The notes below the pieces were generated by a model. The model ran no database searches. It saw only the letters and a program-made list of their open reading frames with translations, and was not told the origin of the DNA. Both the position numbers and the translations under genes were made by a program. DNA of 64,000 nucleotides from Bugula neritina (taxonomy: Eukaryota; Animalia; Bryozoa). Every line of letters begins with the position of its first letter. The first letter of the stretch is position 1. Positions 1 to 13,900 of the stretch are shown here, piece by piece. Where the stretch lies: the NCBI GenBank assembly GCA_964035545.1, contig OZ037768.1, forward strand, positions 13,835,675 through 13,899,674. Direction: 5' to 3'.

Positions 1-422
1 AAGTAATTAAATTGAATTGAATTCAACATTAACTCAAAATTGTTTTAATTTACTTACACTTATAAGTTATAATTATACATTCATTTATACAATAATAATT
101 CAAATTTATAGTTAGACTACGACTCGAAATTTTAAATTTTGATATTAATATTTATTTTATTTAATTCATTTAAGCTTAGGGTGGATAATTATATTTATCA
201 TGTTAAAAATTATTAACTTTAGTTATATTTAATATGCTAAATTATTTTAATCAATCATAGGTGTAACTGTCAATAATTAAATATTAAAATTATATTAATT
301 AGTAGTACTAATAAGACTAATCGTTGTTATAATTTAACAATTACTAAAATTCATTATGTGTTATTATAATGTGTATCACTATGACTATGGTTTTTAATTC
401 TTTTATTTCGTAACAATTAGAT

Positions 423-909
423 GGTGTCATCCCAGATAGATGCTTCCCACTTAGACGCTATTTATTTATTTTAGTACAATATAATTATATGTATTTTATG
501 TGCAATTTATTTGAATATTATTGAAATATATGTAAATTTAAATAAACTTGAATCAATTGTTTGCTAAAAACATAAATAAATTCCTTTGATCTGCATTAAC
601 TTATTAATTCTGCATTCTCTAACTTCTTGCTGTTTGAAAAAGTAATAGTTCAATAAGAAGTATTCATTGAATATGCCTTATTAATGTATTTCTGTTTTTT
701 TTATTCAACATAAATTCGTGTAAATTGGAATATTATTCCAGATAATTCATATTAACTATTATTTCATGTTTAGCAATCAATACAACAGTTATATAGATAT
801 ACATAGGTATATAACTATATATAATATGGTACCAAAATAAAAATCGTCCAAGTGGGAAGCGTCTAAGTGAGAAGCGTCTAAGTGAGAAGCATCTATCTGG
901 GACAAAACC
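423..909. mobile_element. Non-autonomous DNA transposon (MITE) with ~37-bp imperfect TIRs and 15-bp subterminal repeats
   Basis: Left end GGTGTCATCCCAGATAGATGCTTCCCACTTAGACGCT is the reverse complement of right end AGCGTCTAAGTGAGAAGCATCTATCTGGGACAAAACC. A 15-bp unit (GAAGCGTCTAAGTGA) is tandemly repeated in the right arm. Flanks AATTAGAT (415-422) and AATTAAAT (910-917) match 7/8, consistent with an 8-bp TSD. Confidence 0.75.
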
Positions 910-2371
910 AATTAAATAACCATAGGCTAATATTTGCATGGTTTTGACAAACCTTAGACGACTTTAAGAATTAATATAAGTACTAAAATTGATCATTGTA
1001 ATATTAGTACTTTTATTTTCGTTATTCTATCATGTGCATGCAATAACTGTAAGTTATGCTAATGATAATGATTTGGGATCTTTGGTTAGAGCTACTTTTG
1101 TGAGAGGTTCAGGCTTTTGCGATGTTTTAACTGGTTTAAATATTAAGCCAGCAAACTTCTTTTGGTAGATTTCTTATTTCCAATGCCCATTTCTTTCGGT
1201 TCCTGTTAAACTTTAGATTTTCGGAATCACCTATTACCCTTCTTGCTATGGAGCTGACTGACTTCCTTGAACTGCTTTACTCAAATATGTTGTTTCTTTA
1301 CTTTGCTCTTTGCCTCTTATTCTCCCTTCTCCTCATACAACTATATCAAGTGCCATGAGGCATAAGCTGTGGTCCAAATTCATATCTGTCATTGCCAAAA
1401 TGTTATATGGCTGCTTTGCCTGTTTCATATGGTGCGATAATCCTAGAATTTATATTTCATGTTTTTAAATCTTCTGTTCTATCGAAGGACTTTGTGATGT
1501 CCGCCTAAATTTTTTATCAGCAATGGATTGTTGTGCTGGTAGTATTTTTGCATAATTGTTATAATTTGTTTGGTGATACAGTGTTGGCTCAGCTATTTGC
1601 CTTGAAGTCACTTTTTTATTATAACTTACTCTAAGGCACTCAGAGTTCTTCTGTATCTAGTCTGACTGAAGGCTCACTTGTCCTAGTTTTATCAATCTCT
1701 TCCCAAACTACACCAAGGACCTCATGAAGTGATTAGACTTGATTGAAGTGATTAGCGTGTAGATAGATACTCTGGGGCAACAAGATTAGTTACCACGTGA
1801 CTCATATGCCAAAGCATGCAATGAACTATAAGAAAAATGTTTCAACAGCATATATTTAACTGCTAATTTATTTGTTTGAGCACGAATTCTAAACATTTTC
1901 AACGAAAAGCACATGTTTTTGTACTAATGCTAACGAATTTAATGGCATTATACTGTAGGAATGTAAATATTCAGACTCAAATAAATCTCCCAAGTGAAAT
2001 CCTGCTTGTAGAATATTTAATTTTTTTGTTGTACTGTGGTTATTATTTTCAAAACCATGTCTAGAATATTTTTGTAATATTTCACATTTGCAATATGAAA
2101 GATAATTTTGTAGCATAAATATAAAGGGAATTTTGCAACTTGTTAAATTTAATAAGAGATATTTATAAAACATGTATTAATTTTGTTTTTTAAAGTCGAA
2201 TTCTATAAATATCGCATTCTTGGATGCTTCAGGCCTCCCTGTAAACAGCGAGTTTAATTTGGTCAATTGGCATATGTGGTTTTGGCTGCGGTAAAAAGTA
2301 ATTGTAATGCCTCTATGTAACGGGATCTGCGATACCTGTCATCATTTGTTAAGCTGCCATTAAAAATAGAG

Positions 2372-2380
2372 AAAATGGCG
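2372..2380 (+). promoter_or_regulatory. YY1-like motif (AAAATGGCG) in the probable promoter/5'UTR of the F-box gene
   Basis: Motif match inside a locally CpG-containing patch (2240-2400) about 300 bp upstream of the first coding ATG. Confidence 0.3.
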
Positions 2381-2678
2381 ATTTTATGAATGCTAGTCTG
2401 GTGTTTTTCATGAATATTGATGTTTATTTAGCGACTGTTTGTCTTCAGTATGGCTCTATTTACAAACACAGGATTATAGATATGTTTAACATTAATTAAT
2501 GTTCAAATAAATTAATAAATTTAATTATGTAAATAATTTATAGCTTCTAATGTTGTTGATTTTGTCTTTGGGTATTATTTTGCACTACTATTAAATTATT
2601 TTGTAGACTGCCCAGCTCAGGCACTAACTAGATGGAAGTAAGATTCTGAAAGTTAATAACTGACAGAATGCTGTAGAT

Positions 2679-4684
2679 ATGCTTGGCATGCAGAATGATA
2701 ACAATGAATGTAGACCACAGCTAGTGAGTAGGCACAGCAGTAACTTACCTGCTAACCATCGAAATAATACGAAAAAGCAAGCCTTGTCCAGACGAAGTCG
2801 AAGTGCATCACCTTGTGTGAAGAAATATTCAGTTTATACAGGTGACTAACCTTTCCGAAATGTGGTTATTTAAATATATTGTGTTGTTAAGGATGTTATT
2901 TTAGACGTGGTGTTGCATCTCCTGCCAAAATTTAGTATCTTTTATATTACTACACTTATATTTTCAATTGCAAAATTTATAATAGTATTGTATGATCTTT
3001 TTTAGTAAATATTATATATAGTAAATATATGATGAATGTTTAGGAACTGCAGTGATTCTAAATCGGACTAAAAATGATCCCACAAGCTCTATGATCACTC
3101 CGAAATCACCCCAGTTGCCATCGATACGAAAATCTTCAAGTCATTTAGCAACAAAATCCCTTAAAGCCTCAAGACATTTGGCGAACACCAAACAGAGATC
3201 TCAGGTAATATCTATTTTTAAATTGAAATATTTTTAGTTAATATTAAGAGACCTGGCATGAAGATGTTTTACAAATTATCTACTGGTATTTCATTAAAAA
3301 ATGAGCTGACCTGATGAAATCTTCTTTTGGTGCTAATTAACCAAATTTAACAATTTGGTAAAATGAATATAAATGCATTTGCTTTTAGTGCTTCAATGAT
3401 TTTAAAAAGAATGCTATTCTCTACAAATCTGTATGGGAAAATGTGAGCTCGGTGAAGAGTACTGGCCCTTTTGTCACAGATGTCAACAGTAACTTCAGTT
3501 GTCTGTCCTACACCAAAGCAAGCTACAGCTCTCCTAGACAAGAATTGTGCCCGGTACAGTTGGAGCCCCAAGCATATCACACTGGTGATTGCACTATTAC
3601 ATTTGATCATTTACCAGTTGAATGCATTTTAAAAATATTCAGCTACCTAAATCAACTGGAGCGAGGCCGTTGCATGTTTGTCTGCTGGAAGTGGTATGCT
3701 GTAGCCCAGACTCCAATGATATGGAGTCATATCAACTTCAGAGAGTTCAATCTCTGTTACGGACACGGTCCAAACACAGAACTACCTCAATATCTGGATG
3801 CAGAGCACACGGCTCAAGGAGTGACCCAGGTGAATACCAAAACTCCATGTACCAAGTCCTGCTATGGTAAATATATTACTCGAATCGAGAGATATATTTT
3901 GTTTCTCATCGACATTCAACCTAAAATCAAAAGGCTTGAATTTTCATTTGATCTTCTAAAAGATGGTTGGGTGGAGATTATTAAACATCTGATAAGGCAC
4001 ACAACAGTTTCCGAGATAGAATACGTAGATATGGATTGGCAAGATACCCCAGTTAAACCTCAGCACCTTTTCTCCGACTCTTATGTCCGATTACAGGATA
4101 TCATGTATGAGACGCGTCGTAGGCACAGAAGCTTTACTCAGTTTCTGGAAGAGTTTATTGAGCTCATACCAAATGTCAAAACTTTAGTTATGCCATTTCA
4201 TTGGCCATCAGTGAAGGCAGCCAAGTTAGTATTTCCCTCAACTAATTTGGTGAACCTTGTATTGAAAAAATCTACAGTTCTTCAAATTCCATCTCAGGAG
4301 GTATTTGATGAGTTGAGCAAAATAACTGATCTGGAACGGTTGCTAATTGAAGTGTGGATGCCGAATGTGTCCAACGATTTTTTAGCATCATACTGTATCA
4401 AGTCACGAACTTTGAAATATCTTGATCTGTCACAATGCAAGAATTTCAACATCAAATCAGTTGATTTGCCTTCATTGGAGGTGCTAATTGTGGGACGGCC
4501 TCCTACTTTATGTTCAAATCAAAGGATTCGACAGTCAACTGTGCCTTGCTTATGTAAAGTTATACGCAGGGGAGCTCCTCATCTACGACGAATTAATTGT
4601 CATATTTTGGAAGAGATGACCGTCAATGAAATAGACATTTTACTAAAGTCAATATGTCCTATTTGCAAACCAAGGCACCATTAA
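2679..4684 (+). CDS. F-box domain protein with LRR-like C-terminal region, about 539 aa, 3 coding exons
   Basis: Exons 2679-2841, 3044-3204 and 3389-4684 join in frame with GT-AG introns (phases 1 and 0), total 1620 nt. F-box motif FDHLPVECILKIFSYLNQLERGRCMFVCWKWY..W. LRR-like LKYLDLSQC and LPSLEVLIV near the C-terminus. Confidence 0.85.
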
Positions 4685-4973
4685 CTTAAATGTCCTAGTT
4701 TTACCATGCTCTTTCTAAAGCATTGCAATATTTTAGTCTGTTGTAGGGTTGTGTTTCACTTTATGGTTTTTACCACTATTTCACATGTTCGAGTATACAC
4801 GTTTTTTATATTATAAAAATTATTTTTCCAAACTAGAAAAAAAAATCTTTCTGTGGTACACATGCATATATACATGGTATATGTATATTGACAATAAATA
4901 TATACAAGCATTCATCATTCTCTTAAAAATATTAAAGCTATCTAGCTAAAAATTAAAATTTATATCAGTGTTA

Positions 4974-7900
4974 TTAGATTTGCACCATAAAATCTTGCAA
5001 CTGTGAAGATATATCTGAATCAATGCTTGCCATCAACCGTCCGAATTTTTCTTCTCCAACAATATTGCACAAATCTTTTAGTCTGTCCCACACAAAGGAG
5101 TGCAAATGTATATGGAACACTGGATCTTTTAGTGACATCTAAAATACACATCATACGGTGCAAAAGACAATAACCACATAACTTAACTGATGTCTGAAAT
5201 GTGCTACTTGTCTAGATCACAGCATGTCACATGTCAAGCACAAATTATCTCACCTCATGCTTTCTCTTTTCATGATTGTTATCCAATTCATCAGCAGGTG
5301 CACCTTTTTTCTCAGGAACATCCAAAACAAGAGTACTAAAATTATTAATTTAAATAGGCATGTGAAGAAAATGCAATTTGTTTCCAAAAATCTCTTCTAG
5401 TATAATAAGACAAATACTTACTCTGTAATTTGGAGGTTGCCATTGGAAGATACCTTTGTGCAAACATCATGCATTACTTGTACACATGCATTAACCATTG
5501 GATCTAAACCAATTTCTGTGGTACTAAAACAGATAAAACAAACTTAAGTCATTATTATTATATAATGATCAATTTGACAGAGATGGAAACATAAAAATAA
5601 TGGCATCAAATTGTGAAAGTTACTCTCAAAAACTACTGCATTGTTATAATTTAACCAATCCATAGTGACCCTCAGAACTCTCACTTGAAAAGACTAAAAT
5701 TCAAAATATCTTAGCAGCTTAGTCTTCAGCATAATTTTTCTGAGGATAAAATTGTTTAATTATATCAAAGAGTGAGGAGCATGAAAAATGAGTTTTTAAA
5801 CTTTTGAAACTGCCTACACATAATCACTTCAAATTAAAAAAACCGTTGATTTAGCATTACTGAAAACCAACTGTAAAAGTATGCATAAAGTTGCAATAAG
5901 TAAATATGGAGCGTCCAGAGCATTTTAATGAGCAATAATAAGCTCTTAGCTCTCTAAATAAAACATGGCATCACATCTTGTTGAAAAATAGAGCTAAAGA
6001 TGATCAAAACAAAGTTTTTGGCTTTTTAAAAGGACATTTTTCATTGAGATGAAATTTGCAAGAAATTTATACCATAGTGATTAAATTGAATGCAGATATT
6101 TTTGTAAAGGAGCACATTATTAATGTAACTGGACTAACTGTAAGCAAATTGTTCCTACTTCAAAATAATGACAAAAGCTCAACCTTGTCATAATGAAGTA
6201 ACAACATAAATCTTATTTTTAGTTTATTGGCACTTCATCTTGGTTTTGACCTGCACAAGCTATTTTATAGTGAATAACATAAGTATGTCACGTGTAAACG
6301 TTTTTGAAATGGCTGCAACTTCAATATCAGGACTCGGCAAGCAGGATATATTTTAGTAATTGCTACAAGTATTTTGCTTTGAAGTTTTACTGGTTAATCT
6401 TATCATAATGGATTCAACACTACTAACTAACCCTAACTCTGTAGGAATGAGCGTTGCTATGCCCAGAGCACACACTTTTCTTCGTTCTGAATGGCTCACA
6501 CAGTCTAATTTTTCAAACCACATTTGCAGGAACTCGCTCATCACTTCTATTTGCTAGCAAACATGACAAAATATAGACTTACACATAAAATTATAAGCGT
6601 TTAACATTCTTATAACATTAGCTAACAGTAGCTGCAGTAAACAATCTATATATATACATCTAGTTACTAGATTGCATTCCCCATACACTTATTTTACCTA
6701 TAAACTAATATATTTAATGCACGTTTCTCTAAGAATAGAACATGTAGAGCATTTGAAAATAGTACTATTGAAAAATTAACAACAGCAGAAATACATTTGA
6801 GACATTTATAAATCACATTGAATAAGAACCGTGAGAAAAGAACACAACAAACTATCAAAACACATCATACCTGCTTATTGTTGAGTTGTGAATAATCAGC
6901 TATATAGGTGAATAGGAGATTACGATCCTCAAGTGTAACCCTGGAGATAATGGAGAGGTAAAGGCTCATTACCATTGGGTATGTCTATATCAAGTATAAA
7001 GGGTACTTTGAGGGTACAAGACTTGCAAAGTTATGGTAACAAACAATTTTATAGTACCACTGTTTTTGGCATGTACAATAACGTTTCTAATTTTGAAGTA
7101 AGTGACGTATCATGTGAACTACTAAGCTTGAAAAATATTATTTTGAAAAATAGTCATGTCACCGAAATCTTAGTATAGTGTTTCCTGAACTTCAACAGAA
7201 TTGTATAGCACTTGGCTATAAAATTGCTGAATTCTTTATTACTTGGAACAAACTATGCCATTAAGAAATACAGTGGCCAACAAATATAAATGCATTAGAG
7301 TTTAGACAAACCTCCCCATCTAAGATTGATGGCAGAACCCATGAGACAATCAGGTTCTTAAACAACTGTGCAGATGCCCTTGAATATAACTTGAAGAAAA
7401 GCTCTACAGCCTATAATTAGATAGATATGGTTCACGCTGCAAGTTTATAATAATTATACATCTAAAAACATAAATATATATTTTCTAGAAAAGATCTTGA
7501 AAAAACCTTTGTCACATTGACTCACAACTACACATGCATAAATATGCAAAATAAATATCTACAGGTATGGTAAATATATAACTTATTATTTTGATGTACC
7601 ATCACAAACATAAAATAATATAAAACCTAACCTTCAGAACCAGTACCAGACCTTCAGATTTAAGATCAGTCACAAGATTGCAAAAGCAGTCTACCAGGAT
7701 GTTACCATATGTCTAAATGGAAACAAAAAATATGTTGTAGTGTAACCTATAAATAGCTGCAGCTAATAAACATTATCAAATGTATACTAAGACTTAAGTG
7801 TTGCCAGGTTAGATATTGCATCACACTTGATAAAATAAGAATACATCAGTAATCATGTTCTTGGGCTGTCAAATAAATAATTCACTATTTTATAGTAAAG

Positions 7901-10900
7901 AAACAAAAAATTAATGTAGTAATAAAGTAAAGCTCATCATGAAGAAAGTAAGGGGCTGCACACTTGGCATCTGAACTTGAATAAAATAGTCAAAGAATAA
8001 CATTGCATAAACTGGGCAGTTTTAGCACAACCTTGTTTTGAAGAGCCAATTGAAGCGGATTTGCCAGATGCTCTACTGGAGTGAGTAAATTGAAGAAGAA
8101 AACTTGAGGATAATTTTTCTGCGAAAAGTACTTTTGTGATTTTTTAGCATTATACTATTAAAAATTATTTTGAGTAGTGCCAGTAACGACCTTATTTACA
8201 AATTTATTACTTATAAACATGTATTAAATTGTCATATATTTTGAGTTAAACTTCATATGTTCTTGGCATAGTAAGTCGTACATTAGTTTACCTTTATGAC
8301 ATACAAAGCAGTACTTCTTTACAAACAAAGCTGCAATATATGTAGATAATAATACAATAACTCAAAATTTAGAAAATTTGATATAGCTGTTTTTTTTCAG
8401 AAAAATAACTGACTAAAAATTGAATAAAAATGAAATTTTAACTTTTGTTGTGCTCGTGTGTGTAGTTGCAAACTATCTATCTTTGGAATTTAGTTCACCA
8501 AGACTAAACATTTAATTTCAAATTGAGGCATTTTTCACAGCTAACAAAAATTAATCACAATGGTCCACAAAAAAGAATAAAATGTTCCGAGTCTGTGTTC
8601 AACAGCTATTTCGCTGACAGTATTTCTAGTTTAAGAAATTGTTGACGCTGCTCGTAGTATTGATTAAAAACAACTCTTACTGAAATTAGCAGCTGACCAC
8701 ACAGCAAAGAATAAGCTTCAACTATCTTCAGGCATATCCTAAGATTCTCAGAACTCATATCTAGAAAGAGAATAACCAGTGAATAACAATATTTATCATT
8801 GGGATAATTATATGATTAGCATAAACAAGAACTGCCACTTAACAAAAAAATTTGTTATATCCAAGCAGAGATTTGTTATGAATAAATATACTAATTGAAA
8901 TACAAATTTTTTGATACATGTTGCCAAAAAAAATTGTTTACATATCTTGCATGTTTTCAGATATTAATTTTCACTATAATTATGCTTGTAATTGTATTCT
9001 GTACTTGATAACCTTGCTAAAACTAGGTACATGACACACTATTATAAAATTTAAGCTGCAAGTTAATTACATATTAAATCAAATTGACCAACTTATTCAC
9101 ACCTACAAACATGAAAATACTCAACTACAATTATAATCAAACGCTTGGTCCTAACTAACCAAGAAGAGGAGGTAAAGCAGTAAATAGTTGGAGAATGGTC
9201 TCATCTCCAGCAACTCGGTTATATAAAACAGCTTGCCACAACAACAGCCCATCCTCTAGAAGGTAGACGTGTGCGTTTCTATTTAAGTCAGTGCTAAGCT
9301 GAATGACGGGAATCACCAGAGAGTCCAACAGCACACACTCAGATGCTAGACCCTGAAACACCAAACACACTCATTCTAAGAAACATCTACTTAGTGATAT
9401 TCAATAGACATACTGTTAGTGTTGGCACAAGGCTTTAGTTAGCCAGTTCCTTGACAAAGGGAAATTGACATTCTATTTTTGTGACAATTTATTACATCCT
9501 TGACCTGTCAATACTGTCATTGGTCAGTGTACATAGCAGTCCTGAGTAGCTAATCCTCAGTTCTATTATGTTTGTCATAATTTTCAATTATTGGTGACCG
9601 AATACAATGAGAAAAGATCAAAGTAAACATTAATTCAAAGCAAAAAGTATCCTAGGTTAATTGTCTTCACTTACTCAACAATTATATTTCTTTAAAAATT
9701 GGTCAATATTTTTAGGAAGGACAACAAAAAATATGTAAGCTCAAATAGCTAGAGTATCAGCACATTCAAAAATTTATTGATCTTATCTCAATTTAATAGT
9801 TTCACCTTGAGTTAATATGCATGTGTACAGAATAAAAACGAGTCACTCAGTCTAAATTTATCTATTGTGCACTTCTCATGCAAAGGATAGGAATTATCTT
9901 TCACATTATAAGCCACAGTATACACCCATTGCCATGGTGAATTATATTCACAGTTCTTGACAATTTATCTTTATTTAATATACAAAATGAGAAATGACTA
10001 AATTTAATTGATTTTGTTTTCAGGTTGATAAATTAACGGCTAATTTGAATGTAAGAGATAGCGATAGCAAGAAAGCTAATACCCACATTCACTAAGCCAG
10101 TGAGGGTGGTTATTATAGCACTCTGGAGCATGTTATGTTCTTCTGACTGCTGCCACAGTTGGGGCAGGTAATGTATCAAGATCTGACAGTGAGGTGCAAT
10201 ATGGCTGCCAGTGCGTTCTATCACTAGTGACATCACTTGTAAAACTTGCATCTGGAATGAAAAGAGTAGAACACACCATGACCAACACATTCATTTTCTG
10301 TCCAATCAGATGCTTAAAAATCGCTAAAGATAACTTTAACAATGCAGTTTAGAAGTTTTATGTCTAGCTGGTATTCCTGACATTACGAGTAATCCTTCTG
10401 AGATTATAATGAAGGGTCTGAAGCAATTGCACATTTATTATTGATAAATTGGCTTCCCTTCAGTATAAAGAGAGGATAAATCCTTGACCATCATATTTTA
10501 TATTTTAGCTATTGATTGTCCATGAGTCATCATATGACACAAAGCAACAGTTAGTAAACAAAAAACCCATAACCAACAGATAGACTTTTCAGTATACGGA
10601 CCTTAGAATCACAGGACTCTACAGCTGTGAGAAGATTGAAAAGGAGGTGAAAACTAGGCTCCATGTAAGTAGAGAACTCTTTGTAGGTAAACTCAAAGTC
10701 ATCCACAACTAAAACACATCAACACTTCTAAAGATCTTACACATTTACCAGGATGTTTTTATAGATAATTTGCTGAATCTACTTGTCTTATTACAAGAGG
10801 CTAGAAAAGTTGTCTGAATACGGCATGTAAAGTTACATGATGCTGAAATGGCAGTTTTATGGACAATTTTGTCTTCCTATATTGTAGAATATATTTCTAC

Positions 10901-13900
10901 AGTGCACAGAACATTTTGTAGCTAAAAAAGTGCAGAAGACTTTCGTAGCCAACAAAATGTTGGTCCAAACTTAAATTCCAAATCTTTAAAATGTAACCTA
11001 ACAATAACGGTAAGAGATATTTAGAAGCACATGCCTGAACTTACATAGAAAATACCTACCAATGAGCAATTGCATATGCACACTATTCATGCAGTGTGAA
11101 TGCTGTCTTACCAGCTCTCAGTGTGAATGCTGCCTCTAATCTAACAACAACATCTTCACTCTCATGTAACATTTTCAAGATGGTCTGATACACAACCGGC
11201 CTCATAGATACTGAGAGTTTGACGCTTATCCACATACCAATCAGCCAAAGTACCCTCCGTTTCACAACTCGATAACTGCAACATACACGGAGTAATTACA
11301 CACCTTTACCCATCTCAACAACCCAACCTCATTCAATAATAAGTGGGGTTTAGAAGTCACTAATTCATTCAAGAAGTTTATTGACTTACTTAGGGTGAGT
11401 GTTTGTAAATTCAGTTAATAAACGTTCTTGCAGCCATTTGTCAAAATCCACCTCTTCATATATATCATAAGCTGCTAAGCCAACAGCATGGTACACTGCA
11501 ATACATACATAGACAGCATGTCAGCGCACAGGTGATAGTCAGCTGGTGTCATAGCAGCAGCAGCATATCATACAGAGGTAACACACCCTGTACATGCTGC
11601 CAATAAAATACATTACCAATAATATAGCAGACCATATGATACATGTTTGTGGCAAAATGCTTTATGCTAAAACTGAGCAGCTGCGTCAAAACTTATGGAA
11701 CATTTTCATTAATATTTAACATCACTACAGGTGTCTTTAAAGCTGAAGCTGATTGAAACATTAATAATTTAAATACTTTGTCATTAATTTCAATATATTT
11801 CATCACTCTTATAAAATGCATTTTAAATGCAAACATGAAACTTTTAGTTCATTTTTTCACCAAACTACATGATCAGAATATCTCCATGAGACTGCATGAA
11901 CAGTTGTCACACACTACCAGCTCTCTCTCAACTGCCTATGTGAAAGTATGGAGAAGCTCAGTCTGATAGATACTTGCACTGTTTTTGCTTATTACGAGTA
12001 TATAATTCAGAAAGTTCCTTGTGTTTTAAAGTATGCTATATCTATTATATAGATTATGGAAAATGATGTGATACACTCATCAAAGCTTGTGGTAGAAAAT
12101 TTGTTTGTCAACAACTTTTTTTGGTTTAATTATAAATCACAAAGTTTTTCCAGAACAATTTTAATTCAAGTACGTGTGAGTCATAAGGCTGCTAAATTTA
12201 TACAAAAACTATTATTAAAATAGATAATGATCCAGCAGCACAAAACTATATAATTAAAATAATATTCCAGAATAAAAAGAATCATGACAACTTCAGTCTG
12301 TGTCTTGTGTACACATACATATACTAGCAGCAGGTAAATGCTGTGAAGAAACAGTGTTGTGTAGTGTTGTGAATAGCGATATTAAATAAGTTGACGATAT
12401 TAAATAATTTGACGATATTGAATTTTGTGATAAAATTAAATGCAAATATATTATTACAATACAGTCTACCTGCTGACTAGAAAAATGCTAAGTTGTGTAG
12501 CTGTTTCAAAGCTAAGCTTTATAGCTGTTGTATACAAACAGTAAACAAACATACGTGCATCTTTTTTCAAAACTGAGGAGATATCAGCAGGATCAGATAA
12601 CTCTTCATTCTCTCGTACCATTCCAATAAGAATAGGAGTTATTATAGGAGCGAATTCTTTAAAAAGCGCCGCAAATAAGCATTCAACACATGGCTGTATA
12701 TAAAAAACCAGAAGAAACATATTCAAGCTGCCTGAATTGAGACTCCATAGTACATATTTATCACATACTATTACTTTTATTTCTAAAAATCATCCACAGA
12801 ATATGTAATTTAAAACTACAGAGAATTGACCGATTTTAAAGAAAGATTTTAGAAATGCAAATAGTTTTTTTCAACAGATCAGAACTGCTTATAATGCGAA
12901 TAGATACTCACTCTGATGTTGTACTTGTATGAGCTACCACCTTCTTCATTTACTGTAAAATTAATAAAATAATAGCTAATGATTGTGTGTGGAAAAACCA
13001 ATTACGACAGTACGATGATGCAACACTTTTGAAATTCACAAGCAAACCTAAACAACTAACTCAAGCTGATTTTACTGATGAAAGGATTATAATATAAACT
13101 ATGCAAATGAATTTTTCATATGATACATGGGGACAGTGTTAATCGAATGAAACCAGACCATAAGTTCTTAATGCAAACTGCAAATCCATCTAGTACGGAT
13201 CCATCTGAATAATGGCAACGCAGTGAGTGAAAATAAATAAACTAACCATAGTCCTCGGGATCAGACTCCCAGAGTTCAAGGTCAGTGATGCTGAGAGGAA
13301 GGTAGTTGGTGACTAGAGCTTGGAATACCTTTGATAGTACTTGTGTGGTCATTGCTGACTTTATAGCCTGATGCGCAGTTAATGCAACTTCATCAGTTTC
13401 TAAATACAGAGCAACAATACAGCATAGCTGGTGAATGGCAAACTGAAACCAAATTTAAAAGCATCTCTGACTTCACTTAGCAACCTAAATAAAAAACCAG
13501 AGAGCAAATTAGTTAGGCGACCTGTTGCCCAACTATTGCCCATTTCCATATATTCTTTATCAGATGGCAAAGTAAATGATAGAATATAATGACAACGGCT
13601 TTCAAGAACTTTACCAACTTTAATAGTTGAGACGCTAGACAATAACAACATAACAAAGTTTTAGAATAAGGAACATAAACTTATAGCATAAAGCTTCAAT
13701 CAAAACTTAATTACTAACCAGAGCGCTGAAGGGATTGTGGCCTATAGGTTTCATTGCACAATATGCTTTTCATAAGATTTAAGAGGTTTACATTAAACCT
13801 TTCGAAGTTCGTAGCCACAAATGAACCAGAAAAGCAGAGCTTGTATACAAGTTCTAGAGAAGAATTTATATAGAGTATGTACATCTCGGAGTGGTATGCC

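Noticed and set aside
733-939. 68-aa ORF with repeated RRFSL
   Set aside because: Translation of the MITE's 15-bp subterminal repeats.
1040-1800. Higher-GC, coding-looking stretch on the - strand
   Set aside because: The best-looking frame has many stops and I recognised no motif; cannot be assigned.
3347-3870. Overlapping ORFs 3347-3610 (-) and 3622-3870 (+)
   Set aside because: Shadow frames of the F-box exon.
11085-11133. 14-bp direct repeat CAGTGTGAATGCTG on both sides of an IPO11 donor
   Set aside because: A short local duplication that does not copy the splice site; no evident consequence.
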